Source: Nemertoderma westbladi (Eukaryota > Animalia > Xenacoelomorpha). Taken from it: a stretch of 64,000 nucleotides of DNA. Positions within the stretch are counted from its first letter, which is position 1, and the number at the start of each line of letters is the position of its first letter. The translations under genes and the position numbers were made by a program. The notes beneath the pieces were generated by a model, which did no database searches, was not told where the DNA came from, and was given only the letters and a program-made list of their open reading frames with translations. Below, one piece after another: positions 36,776 through 50,551 of this stretch. Location: the NCBI GenBank assembly GCA_032718475.1, contig JAUCBJ010003414.1:1-64000 (forward strand), read 5' to 3'.

Positions 36776-39700
36776 ATGAGTGACACACCATACTCGACTC
36801 GATACCCACCTACAGACTATGACTCGTGCGACCCGGACAGATCGACAGTAGACGAACCGAGAAGGAGAACCCGAGATTCCACCGATGTCACACCGCGTGC
36901 GTCGCCGGTACCCCGAACAGAAATACCGGAAGCCGCAATGCGTGGCGACGGCAGGATCGAGGATTTCCTTACAGTCCCGCAGACCAGGTCACGGGAACCA
37001 GACATGGTAAGCTTGGCGGGAAGCCAAGAAAATGTCATTAGAAGTATAGGAGGACACATGGCCCAGATTACTCAAAACCTCGGAGAAGGTTTTTGCGTTT
37101 TACAAGAGTTAACCGCCCCGATGTCGACATATGAGTTCTACACCTTACACGGTAAGGATAGAAAGTAGGGTACATGCCTCCGTAGATAAACTTAAAGGTT
37201 TACACGAGTTGCGTGGCGACAACTTTACTCAGGTAAAGATAATAGATTAGTTGGTAAGTGCGAGGGAAAGTTGTTGTTACAACCCGAAGAGGAAGAAGAA
37301 CTATACTGCCTGGACAGGAGTTTAGAGACGCTCACCAATTTTCTTTGTAGAAACGGCGTACCGATCGAAGAACCGGAAGTCGAACCGCGAGGGACGACGG
37401 AAGTTCTTACTATGGAAGGCTCGCGAGCCTACCAAAATCCACCACTGGATAGATCATTCATTAGCATGCGGAGCGACGTTAGTAGAACAGCGTCTGTAAT
37501 TACTCGACAACAACAGGAAGTTGTACGCCGACAACAAGTCGTCGAGGAAGAAGCGCAACGGCAGATGGCACAGATCGCCATCGAGGGAGAGAAACAACAA
37601 AGAGAAGACGAGGCAAGGATTGCGCAACTCAAAGCGCAAGCAGAATTCGAAGCCTTGGAACTGAGAAGACTGGAGGAAGATTTGGCACAAGAAGCTGCAG
37701 CCGACGAATTAGCATGAGTTGCGACAGTAAACGCAGCGGAGTTAGCTCGGAAGAAAGTGGCAAGATGGAAGTGAGACAAATAAACGCTCGACTAGCTATA
37801 CAAGAAGCGGAATTAGCGGCACAACAACAAGTAGCAGATCGACGCGAAAGGGAGATGCAACTACAGTTCGAACTAAATCGTAGATCGCGCGAGGCAGCGA
37901 ATGCGTAAGCGGACCTCGAACTCGACGCGAGAGATAGATCTATAAGATCGCGAGCTGGACACGACTTGTCTGCCCTGGATCGCATGGAACCTACAGTAAG
38001 TCGTAGTCTACTTGTAGGAAGAGAGGAACCTGCGTTTATGACAATTAAACAGGTAAGTAAGCCGTTAGCAGTTAAACCTGTGACGTGCTGTGCGAACCCA
38101 GTTATTTATAGACTGACTACGAAACCCGACTGCTTTATTCGACCTTTGACACAATGTTCGACGAGACCTACGACTTCGTGGAAGGCTTGCGAGCCTACCG
38201 AACAACGGAGGAGAACGGATGTGGGCAGTACCAACAGGATCGAACAATGTTTAACGAGACCTACGACTTCGTGGAAGGCTTGCGAGCCTGCCGAACGACG
38301 GAGAACCGTAGATTCTAGACCTCAACGTACTCGACAAAAGGTAATACGCCGGACGCGAACCCGCCAACCACCTTATCCGGACGATAGCGACTCATCTAGC
38401 GACTCGGAGTCGACGGAACGGGAAATATTCCGTACTGGAGCGGCAGCAGCGGCAGCAGATTACAAACGGGAGGATAGATCGACGAACCAATACATCAACA
38501 ATCCTCCACAAGAAACACCCTTTCGGAAACCCACGTTGCAACCAACGGAAATGATCAGTGCCAAACAGTTCATCGAGATGACGGACCGACTAGCTCAACT
38601 CGAAGAACGATTCGAAGCGCAACCGTCGGATCGATCACAAACCAGCGTGGAGATAGAACAACCTAGACAACATCGACCACCAAGGAGAGAACAGGAGACT
38701 AGACAGACTCTGACCCATCGAGAAGAAGATCCCGTTAATATTTCCTACCGACGAACAATGCGCAGAATGGAACGACTGGACGACGCAACCGAACAAGGAC
38801 GCAGACAGTTAGATTTAGTTAGCGAGATTGCGAAGTTTGCGGCTAGACACGGATTACCGGCATAACAACCGCTGAAGTTCTCTGGCAAAGTGAAACACTG
38901 GCATACACTGGTAGACTACGTAGAGTCCCAGATTGCTAAGTGTGCATTCACCTCGACGGAGAAGTTGAATTACTAGCTCCAAGTCCTGTCTGGTGAGCCG
39001 AAACGATTAGCGGAAACCTTCATTGGTGTTCCAGATGCCTTTGAGTTGGCGTACGACCATCTATATTCGATTTACGGCGGCAACGTCGCCATGGCTAAAT
39101 CCATTATCGAAGACCTCTGCAGAGGAGGCAGTATTTCGAAACCGATCGATCTTCTATGACTCGCGGACGAAATCAAGAATGCTATAGAGACTTTACGGTC
39201 CATTGGACAACTCGAATACGCTAACGCACCGACAGTTCTCATTCGAATAATCGGTAGACTTCATCATAGACTACGACGAGAATGGCGACGCATCGAGTAC
39301 CAGCGTGAAGAAGCCGGCGGGCTATTGAAACTCACCGACGTCTACCAACTGATTTCACGGGAGGCCGTAATAGAGACTCGATCGAACTATACTGATCACC
39401 ATATAGCGGCAGAAGGGATAGCTATTTCTGCGCCGACTCGGACTAAACCATTTCCGACGAACGCGAAAGCCGTTACCTATGCCACCCCAACTGAGACTTC
39501 TAAAGTTCTGACGCCTATCGGCATCTAGCAGCCACGACAACAGTTGCCGGCGGACTTTGTGGGATGCTCATACTGCGAGCGGAACGGCAGGAACCATAGC
39601 GGACATAAACTACGTGGATGTCGCGCTTTTAGGGAGTTAGGAATCGAAGAAAGAAGACTTCAGATTCGATCTTTGGATTCTTGTTGGAGATGTACGAAGC

Positions 39701-42700
39701 CAGGACTCGTCCGGAAGGATTGCCCGAGCGACGATACATGTCCTCTATGTGGACGTAACCACAACGCGTTACTTCACACGACTAGTCATACTCCGACCAA
39801 ATGCTTTCGACGAGAGTATCCAGATAAAGCGGCTAGATGCGATGCGCTTTATAAAGAGCGTGCGCCGCGCGAGATTCGTACTTTCTATACAGACTGTATG
39901 GATCAGTCGGGATCATCGGACGAGGACGAGGAGGAAGACGACACATTTTACGTGCATGCGGGGGAGGAACAGCCATCAGTAACACTCCTCACACAGAACC
40001 AATTGAAAGGGTTTAGCGTGATTCCTATAAAGATTACCGGAACCAGAGGGAGCAAGCGTATATACGCTATCTTAGACTCTGCGTCATCGCATAGTTATGT
40101 CGACGAACAAGTAGCCGATGTGGTTACGGACATGAGTCAAGGTAAGACTGCTCAGTATACTGTAAGCAGCATGCATGGTAAGCGAGCGATTCCAGTGACA
40201 AGAGTAAAACTAACCTTATACACTCTTCTTTCCAAAGCGGAACACAGCAAGGAGGAGCGCTCATTACTTCCGGTAAAAAATTTGACCTTTGCAGCTACGA
40301 AGGACTTTAGTAACTTGCTCGGCCCTGTGCCAGAGCAATCACCGGAAGATCATAAGTATTTCCGACACCTTGGAATACCGGAATGTCCTGTTAATTATCG
40401 TTCAATCACGATGTTAATTGGGACAGACCAGTTTAACTTACATCAGGTATGGGAGACACGCCCATCTGTTATTACAGCGGGCAACCCCTATGCATGTAGA
40501 ACTGGTATATATATAATATATATAACTTGGTATACTTAGAGCACCAGTGCGTTCACTAGAGGTAAGTGACCAGGAGGACAACGTTTTGAGTACGTGTAGT
40601 TTATTGACTACTACGATGGATAATTCTCCTTCACACTCCTGTGGTCCAATTGTACAGACTGCATTACGACAGACTTGCGTCGCTAACGCAGACGTAACCG
40701 ATACTGACGTAACTGATCTAGACACGACCACACGACCTCTGGCTTACAACTACTTGCAGTAAACCAGGTTGTATTGACTACTGAAGACCAAAGGGTTGTT
40801 GCCGTGGATTACTCGATGAACAAGGTTTTTGGAAGGCTTGCGAGCCAGCCTACCGAAAAATCCGAAGGTCATTGACCCCACCCACCAGCCTTCGACACCG
40901 GTCATTGACCGGTTTTCAAACCGCCACACGACGATTCGACGCCGACTAGTGACACCAGAAGGCTTGCGAGCCTACCAGACACATTGAAACTAGCCACTGC
41001 AGCGGACGAAGACGTGGACGAGGACCATGGCGCAGTGCAAGCAGCGCTTGACCGACTGCTGACTCAACGGACCATTAAATGGTTGGAACAGGACTCAGCA
41101 GAACCCGGTAGTTACGAGACCGCTATGTCAGAACAGGAAAAACGGTCATTAAATATTATGAGAGATACCATTCGCCAGACCGCGAATGGCCACTACGAGG
41201 TTGGCATATTGTGGTGCAATGGACAAACTAAACTCGTTAACAACTACCCACTTGCTTTGAGGCGACTCAAATCAATAAGGCAGCGATTGTTGCGTGATGA
41301 GACGGCCCATATGCAATACAATGCGCAACTTCAGACGTATCTCCAAAAGGGATATGCCATTAGGATGTTAAATCCCGAGGTAACCACAGATCAGACATAT
41401 TACCTGCCACATCATTTTGTTCGACACCCGGACAAACCTGGCGAGGTGCGTGTAGTCAACGACTGCGCTGCGCTTTACCAAGGGATGTCTATGAACAGCG
41501 AATTGATGGACGGGCCGAATATGAATAATTACCTCATGGTAGTCCTAATGCATTTTAGACAACGCAAAGTGGCATTCACCTGTGACATAGAGGCCATGTT
41601 TCACCAGGTTAAGGCTTTGGAGCGGGACAGGGACAGCTTGAGGTTTCTTTGGTATCCGGACGGAAATTTAGAACTTCCGCCAGAAACTTACCAAATGCAG
41701 GTAAGAGTTTTTGGAACCAGGGACAGCCCCAACTGCACCATATACGCCTTAAAGCAGACAGCATTGGACAGACAAGACCAATTTGACCCAGAAGTAGTTC
41801 GGACAGTGGAACGAGATTTCTACGTGGATGACGGCCTCAAGAGTTGTGACACTCTGGAGTGCGCTACGACCGTAGCACACCAACTCCAGGATTGTCTTGC
41901 TGAGGGCGGATTCCGCCTTATGAAGTTCGCTTCCAACAAACCCGAACTAGTGAACTCATTCGACCCGATGGATCGCAGTGGAGGTGACTTAGACTTAGAC
42001 CTAGAACCTCTACCTACGACCAAAGTATTAGGACTTAGTTGGGACCCTAACACCAACAATTTTAGGGTACATGTAAGGTCCAACGACCAGACTAGACCTC
42101 TCACTAAGAGGACTTGCTTATCGACCATGAATTGATTGTATGACCCATTGTGTTTCATTAGTCCAGTGATCCTACATGCTAGGATCATACTCCGCAGCAT
42201 TTGGCAAGCCGGACTGGAATGGGACGATCCCATCCCAGAAAAGTTAGCTGAGCAATGGAGGGACTGGGAAGCCCAACTGACATTCCTACAAGACTATACC
42301 ATACCAAGGGTATACTTTCCTTTGCAGACCACCTTTCCTGCCGATTTAGAGCTTCACAGATTTAGTGACGCTAGCAAGGATGGATTGGGGGTTACTTTAT
42401 ACCTTAGACGACAAGTGACATCGGACAGCTACGAAGTGTCTCTCGTTACTTCAAGGGCTAGAACAATGCCGTTGAAGTATATGACTCTAGTTCAACGCGA
42501 GCTGGAGGCTAACTTGAAGGTCACATATTGGACGGATGCGACGTTGGTACTTTGGTACATAAACGACGAATTATCAATTGCGATATTTCGCATGAGAGTT
42601 CACAGCGATCAATCAAGGTAAACAGATCAAGTCTTCACCGATTTTGAGTTGGAGTCCGATTATTTACAGGGGCTTACTTTGTCACAAGTCCAGACTCCAG

Positions 42701-43578
42701 AACATTGACTTTGCACTAGACTTTAGGTATCCTATCATCATACCGCAACACCATGAGTTACAGCGCGCTATGATACTGGACGCACATGTACAACTCAAAC
42801 ACGTGGGTAGACATCACTGCCTATCACACTTACGATCGAGGTTTGTACTGATTGGGCCTAGCAAGGCACTGAGTTCGGTAACACGGAACTGTATGATTTG
42901 TAAGAAGGTGCACGCGAGAATAGGACACCAAGAAATGAGTGAACTACCACTAGTGAGATTACAGGCGTTTAGACCCCCTTTCACTGAGACAGGGATAGAC
43001 TGTTTTGGACCTATAATCGCGAAACGTGGAAGGATACAGGTAAAACGTTGGGGATTAATCTTCACCTGCATGGCCAGCAGAGCTTTCCATATTGAGCGTG
43101 TGACAGACTTGACCACCAAAGCCTTTATCCTAGCCTTACGGCGATTTATCGCTAGACGTGGATTGGTCAAATCCATTTATTGTGACCAAGGGACAAACTT
43201 TGTGGGTGCACGGAATGAGATAACCAGAGCTTTAAGAAAGTTGGACCAAGACCAGATTTCCGAGGAACTACATCCTCACCATATTGTTTGGAACTTCAAC
43301 ACTCCAGACAGTCCGTGGAGAGGCGGCATTTGGGAAAGGCTGATTGGCTCAATCAAAACAGCTATGGCTAAAGTATTACCGACGCAACACATTTTGACAG
43401 ACGACCAACTGACGACGTTGTTAATAGAAATTGAAGCGATTTTGAACACACGACCGATCGCTTTGATCCCAAACAATAACGACGCACAGTTTGCCTTGAC
43501 ACCAGCGTACCTGCTTATGCAGGCGCCGATGAAATTGTTGCCCACTTCGGTACCTGTTGATAGCGATGGATACGGAAA
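36776..43578 (+). pseudogene. A2 gag-pol (stops and frameshifts)
   Basis: Three BEL Cys/His clusters, protease ILDSASSHSY, RT YYLPHH/DIEAMFHQ/FYVDD, RNase H FSDAS, integrase HHCC, GIDCFGP, DQGTNF, WERLI. Confidence 0.93.
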
Positions 43579-44687
43579 CACATATCTCTACCGGACTTAG
43601 TATGCAACTGGTGCGGGGATCAACGTTCGCACACTTTCTACACTTGTTGGCGTTTCGTGGCGCAGTGCACGTATTGGAATATTTAAGGTCATAGGGCATC
43701 CGAATGTCAACTTAGGGACATCCCCTATGAGCACATGTCAGTTAAAATCATTCGACAGCTATTCGACCATTGGGAGAATCTAGCAGACGAGCATGTATCG
43801 ACACAGTGACGCCGTTTCCCTATGAGAGCACACTTGGGATTTTGGGCCGTAAACCCTCTCATAATGTCGAAGGAAGGATACGTGTCAGCTATGCCTCAAT
43901 ATGATGAACTCTTGGAGGTGCTGGATATATTGCCATTGGATAGCGGATTTAAGGTTGTACGGGACTACTTTCTACAGGTACACCCCGACAACAAGAACAC
44001 TTGGAACTTTCAAACTATGGTGAACAAGATTACCGCCAGGGAATTCGACAAATTGCGAGTCGAACAGCGGAATGCCTGGCAGGAGCCTGGCATTCGACAG
44101 CTTGGGCATACCGGAGCGCATTTTATCGCAAACGCGTAACCTCGTGTATTTTAGACGAGACGGACGTTTTGCGTGAGACTGGCTTGAAGGCCACGCTGTT
44201 AGCCGAAAAGACGCGTCACCCACAGGATGATCTGCAACTTCGTATACTTAGAGCCCAGAAGGCCGGACAAGAGATAAAGAAGGTAGTAAATGTCGCCGAG
44301 AGGACAACATCGAAGTCGCAAATCCGGATGACTCGGGGCACGATTTCCCTAGCTAGAGAACCACGCGGAGGGACAGGATACGCTTTGCCGGAACCCATTA
44401 GAATTCAGACGACGTCAGAGAGCGAGGTGTCAGCGGACGGAACAGTCCCACCCTTTCGACTTCCTCCCAGCGTTGTGGAGACTCGATCCGATGTTAAGCC
44501 AACAATTGGAATCGGACGAGGATTTAGAGGACTGAGCGCACGACGGATGTGCGAAACTCCCGTCGTCCCCTTTCCTAGCGTTTTGGAACCACCGACAGCT
44601 CGACACCGAAGTCCGAGTCCAGTTCGATCCCGACCACCACCCAATCATATTAGAGGGCGTGGACGAGCCCATTCGGCCAAGGAATAG
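43579..44687 (+). pseudogene. 3' remnant of the family A accessory ORF
   Basis: Homologous to A1 5832-6935; fused to integrase by a deletion at ~43578. Confidence 0.85.
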
Positions 44688-45352
44688 GAGAGCGAGATGA
44701 AGAAAGGAAGGCTTGCGAGCCTACCGATTGGATATTATATTCGGATATTTTATTTGGATGTTTATATTGGATATTTATATTGGATATTTATATTTGGATA
44801 TTATATTTGGGTATTTATATTGGATGTTGGGTTTAGAGGAGCGAGATAGAGAAGGAAGGCTTGCGAGCCTACCGTTAGCAATTAGTGCTCAGGAGAAGAT
44901 ATCCAGACCAGCAGGACGAACTATTGAGCTCGTCAGGAGGACACGTTAAGACCTATTTGAAAGTTATTAGCGCATTATGTTTATTATATATTTAAGACTG
45001 ATTTAATTTGGTAAATTTATTATGTATATTTGTAATATATGAAAGATTATTGAAAGCTTTGTAATTATTTTTTTGATTTGTTCCGATTTGTATTGTTCTG
45101 ATTTTGTTTAATTTGCCTATCTTGATAACCGAAAGCTTTTTTTTGTATTTTATGCACTAAAGTTAATTGGTAAATTTGTATTTTGTATGTATGATGGATT
45201 GTATTTACGCCGTACCTGCAATATTAAGTATGCAATAATTAGGTAGTGATTATTTTATATTTTAGGCCCCACCAGTAGATTTGGAAGTATTTTGTAAATA
45301 GTTTATATGTCGATTGGTGACAACAGTCTTACTTACTGTTTTCATGGAGCGG

Positions 45353-47303
45353 TGATGGATTATTTCACTATAAGATAGCATTTGTAGTTTAACGTAAAAA
45401 CTTTCTGAAATCAGACGCATTTTGATTAAGTTACAGTAATGTAATATGCCTATTCTTATTAGTACACATAAAACCCATAGTTAATGTCATGGCATAGTGG
45501 TCAGATGGTTAAGGCGTTGGTTACATTACAGATAGGATACGAGTTTGAATCCCAGTCGGGAAATTTGCATTTTTGGGCAATTTATTTTCATTTGGTATAA
45601 TTAGATAAACCAATGAAGTGCGTACAACACATGGAACGATGAGTTGGGCCAATCATAGGGCATAGAACATCTTATTGCTCCAATGTGAGGCCATGGAATA
45701 CTCTGGAAGGTTCTAGCGGATTCTATGTCCCAGATTTAGTATATAAAGGGCTGGTTTGCCTTCGGTTAACACACATACACTTGTCCTTGACTCTTGCTTA
45801 CTATTTAGTTGTCACTTGTTGGATTACACTAGTATTTGTTTTGTTATAAATCTGTTTGATAATCATTTGCTAAACTGTAAATATACTGTAAACTTCTGAA
45901 CATGTATATTTCTAAACGTCCACCTTTGGGACAGCCAAGCATTAGGAAGATGGCCGCCTAGACCGTTAGGCCGTCAGCAACGCAGGGAATGATGTCCACA
46001 ACACGCTAGCGCCCACATTAGATTAGACCACGCACCCCCTTCGCCCTACGAAATACTCCACTTTGCCATGCAGCGCCCGATTTCCTAGGAAGGTAAGACT
46101 TTGTTTGACGCCCTTGCCCGACGTAAGACCTATAGATCAGGGTAAGCGTGACGCCGTTCTGGGACGCCGCAAAATTTAGGATCAAATAATTATATTCAGA
46201 CAACCCCCCCCCCCCCCCCCCCCCGTCAGTACTGCAAATCCCTGGGTTAACCTGTATACCTCACAGGTGCGAGCTATTGCCATTCGTCAGTACGTGAGTA
46301 CACATTAGGTACGGACAGCATATGTTCCATAATTTAGTGATTCGTACTACTGACCGTTTGGTACCGGTTCGCTTTGTAGAACATATATTAGTACATACAT
46401 TAGTTACTAACACCGTGGTTGCCCGGTTGAGTTGTGGATAGGAAGGAGAGAGCTTTGACGTCATTTGTAAGTATAAAGTTCTACAAAACGCGACTAGCTT
46501 ATTTTCGTAGCTAGCGCACGGTATTGTTTTGGTCAGAAATCACCAAAACCTAGTAAAATGATATACACCAAAATTGTTTTATTGTAACACACCCACACAC
46601 ACACGCCCTAAAACATATTTACCCTTAGAGTTCTACTAGATAGCACACGTTAGATTACTTAGGCAGAATATATATAACTCACTGTTAGTATTTGTAAATT
46701 TAGGATCTGATATTTAGTTACGGCAAGAAGGAGTATTTATTTCGTTATTAAACTGTTGTTTGTCTGAGCAGCGGTATTGTTACATTAGGCACGACCCTCT
46801 TTAGACTGAATTCATACAGGGGGATCAGTATTGTTACGCTAGGTCTGTTAACCCACTAGCTCGTATAAAACCATATAAATCACACCGCGGCAAGTTACGG
46901 TATTTAGGACTGTCAGTGATAGTTAGGATTCGCTGCGCGGGGATTGTTTTCCCGTGAGTTTGGTCTGTTACTGTAACTGTACATCTGCCATACCGGTTAC
47001 AGGACAGGTTTCCTTTTGTCTAGTTCGTAGGCATTAGACCCGCTCACGTACATAGAATAGACACTAGGCTCTGCTCCTGGTCAGTAGTCTTTTGTGTATT
47101 GTATCTGTTTGTTTAGATACCCTGGACTGGGATTTGTTGTCAGATACTGTACGAGCCCGTTTCATTACTAGATCTTACGGTAAGATACATCGTTACTAGG
47201 ATCTGGTAAGCGGTATACTACTGGACTTTACGGTTAGAGGTATTCTATAGCTTCATACTAGTAGATTTGTAGGCCGTAGGATAGCCCTTACCGTGTAGAG
47301 GAT
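45353..47303 (+). repeat. A2 3' LTR (last 4 nt displaced to 60338-60341 by element B)
   Basis: Follows GGAGCGG; aligns with the other LTRs; internal deletion near 46395. Confidence 0.9.
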
Positions 47304-48499
47304 TGTAAAGGCTTTTGCGGATCTAGCTAGTTAATTTCCCCGCAAAGTACTCTGTAGGTGTTTTAGCGGACATAAAAAGCCGTTTCCTTGCTGTACAGGT
47401 GTTTTAGTGGACATAAAAAGCCATTTCTTCTGTATGTGTACTTTAGCGGACATAACTAGCGATTTTATGTCGCAATACGCCAAAATACTCTTGATACAGT
47501 ATAGTTCCGATGACGACATCTATCAGCTGATATGTCCACGTGTAACTTTTTCTTTGTTCTTTGTTCGGCTCACTCAACCAATCAGAGCGATTTTCTTTGC
47601 GTTGGACAGTGCATATAGAAACTCACGCAATTCAGTCAGTGTGTATTTTCCTAAGCCTAGAACACTGGCTGTGGAATTATTCTGTGTTTCAGACTTTAGC
47701 CAAACATTAGAACGGCTTTGATCATAGAAACGTATAACTGTTATCAACCAAATCGCACCTCATATCACAAACCGAACTGGTCAGACTCAAATGCTATACA
47801 TACCTTTCACCGCATTGTTTTACTGCTATTTACTGTCGGTTATTAACTGTATCAGTTGATGGAATATTGTTATATTTGGAGAATATCGATAAATAACCAT
47901 AAAACCCCAATCTTCTTGATATACTGAAGGTTAGAGAGACCGGTTACATATAGCAATTGCGACTTACATTATAGTGGTTTTGGAGTGAATTGAATGCTAT
48001 TTCAGAGGCCCTACATGTGTCGGTTGCTGTTCTCCTTATATATGATTAAAATTAGTGAAGGTCGGCAGATCGGTGTGCAGCATTGTGCGGTAGTGTGCAT
48101 GAGTGTGATAGATAACAAAGCATCTCCTAAAGAATGCGCTTTATACGTGAATCATTAGCCATCCTGTTGTGTTTAGTGTAAGTCATAACTCTGTTTACAT
48201 ACTTAGAGCGCCACGTCCTAAAGGAACTGTTGATATTTCCCGAAAGTGAATAATATTTGTCAGAGATTATATATTAACGATCAATCGAATAGTACAGTAG
48301 GCCTACACCGCAATAAGGTCAGAGCTTCCGAATCCAGTCTCCCGGGTAAATCCAGTGGGTGAATGGTCGCGCATAGGCTGGCTTCGGCTAATGTAGTTTT
48401 ATGTGTATCAAATACTTGTCATAGGCTAAAGTCGATTTATAACCTAGAAGACACCTAAATTTGGCAGGTTAAACTGCTAAAGGTCTAAAAGCGCGAACA
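47304..48499 (+). repeat. B 5' LTR
   Basis: Near-identical to 59133-60332. Confidence 0.93.
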
Positions 48500-48680
48500 A
48501 TAACAGTTATAAATTCTGATTGCAGTGTAGAGGCAATAAATACAGTTTACTATTGTTCTGGTAAGAACAATAACAGTTATATCTTCTAATTGCAGTGTAG
48601 GCAATAAATACAGTTTACTATTGTTCTGGTAAGAACAATAACAGCTATTGCTTCTTTATTGCAAAGTAAGCAATAAAGGT
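48495..48680 (+). repeat. ~67-bp tandem repeat (about 2.7 units) directly after the B 5' LTR
   Basis: GAACAATAACAG...TTGCAGTGTAG..GCAATAAATACAGTTTACTATTGTTCTGGTAA recurs. Confidence 0.8.
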
Positions 48681-50167
48681 AAAAGCACCGGTCGACCGGT
48701 AACCAGTAGGCCTGACTGCCTAACCACCCGAACCGGTACTTACAGCAGTACAGGTACATCAGTATTATTTCGATTGTGATATATTGTATATTGTAGGCTG
48801 TTAGGGGATTAGGGATTGATCACCCCTTATTCCTTTGTATGGTCTACTTATTTCTGTCAGTTTTATTTATTTGTAGGTTAATATTGAACAGAAGGCGTGT
48901 AAGCCTGCTCAGATTGTACAGGTAATTTGTAGGCTGGACTGTTGTCTGACTGTTGTTAAGTCTGAAGAGATTGCAGTGTGTGTAGAGTGTATGTCCGATA
49001 AAGTACTAGTTAGGAACGTGGGGGCTTCCAGTGCTGTAAGGTAAATCCCCCCCCGAAAGAATAAGTCGTACTACTCGGTTAGAACGCATACTAACTAACC
49101 ATTTCGGAGTCTGCATGTGCTGTGGTTTATTTAGGCTTGATAGTAGTCTGCCAGCGTTTGGTCTATATTTTGTTTGTGTAGTCTGTACGAGTAGCGTAAT
49201 ATTTATTATTCAGAGTTTATGCGATTATTCGCAACATACATACCCCCAAGTTTATTCCTACAGTAATTGTGCTTGTTATACATACCGTTATAGTTAAATT
49301 AACCCCGGTACTACATCAGGGCTGTTTGGCGTAGGTAAAGACTGGAGATTTTATGCTTTGGTCACTCCGGCAGATACCGTGGTTCCTTTAGCTGTTCAAG
49401 TATTTTTAACTGCTGGTTATTTGTTGTATAAGTACTTGTACCTAATTTAGGGTTTAGTGTACAGTGCTTTCCGAAGGTAATTAGTGTGTAGGCAGTATAT
49501 TTGTGTTGTAAAGTGGTTAATAGGCACGTTGACTCTGGTAGGCCGCGGTAATTAACTTCTAGGTAGGAACACTCCGTGATACATAATGTAGTACTTATAG
49601 CGCTACGGCTATAAGTCGTCAGACGGTGGTATTTTTCCTATCTGGACAACGCAATATATTTACTACTGCTTTATTACTTTCAAATACCGTAGTATCCAGT
49701 CCGTTTGTAATAACCAGAAATTCTAACCCCTTGTTAGACTGGTTTGTAAATTTCTTGTAAAATTAACCCTAAAAATTCGTACGTGTAATTTTTGTGTTTA
49801 TTTAGAGATTGTAATCTCACCCCGCAATTGTACATAATTTGTAGTAATAAGTAACTTAGGCAAGTAGAATTATTTGTTTTAGTGTCCAAAACAATAGGTA
49901 GCACTTCACTGAGAGCGTACAGCTTCTGTGTAGTGACTCCTTCCCAGAAATAATAACATTTATTTCAAATATTGACAAAAACCCATTAAACGGGTATATA
50001 TATTATAAATCAACTCAAACCAATTTATAAAATAGTAGGCCTGTCTTACAACAATTAGGTCTTAATGTCAGCTACTGCTACTACTGCTTAAATAACGGTA
50101 ATAAAGTAAAGTAAAGTAACCAAGTAACCCTAAAATTCAGAAATTCAATTATTCTAAAATAATTGAT

Positions 50168-50420
50168 ATACCGGTATTCACGATAGGCTTATTATATATT
50201 TCTATATATTTGTGCTGAAAATATATACCGGTATTCTGTAATTAATTCTGGACTATAATTATACTTATATATACTATAAGTGTAAGCTGTATACCGGTAT
50301 TCACGATAGGCTTATTATATATTCTATATATTTGTGCTGAAATTATATACCGGTATTCTGTGACAAACCTAGTCTGTAATAATACTTATATATACTATAA
50401 GTGTATATCGGTATTCTAAT
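50168..50420 (+). repeat. ~123-bp tandem duplication in the B 5' UTR
   Basis: TATACCGGTATTCACGATAGGCTTATT...TATACTATAAGTGTA twice. Confidence 0.85.
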
Positions 50421-50551
50421 ATATTGTAAATATATCACGTTACACTGAGTAACGATATCGGTAATTAATTACTAGGCTAACAGTTGATACTGAATTACTA
50501 GACTTGCTTTAACTGTAATATAGCAGTAGGTATTCAACTGTACAAACAAAC

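Noticed and set aside
47407-47721. 104-aa ORF in both B LTRs (also 59236-59550)
   Set aside because: Conservation is explained by LTR identity; GTG start and no recognisable motif.
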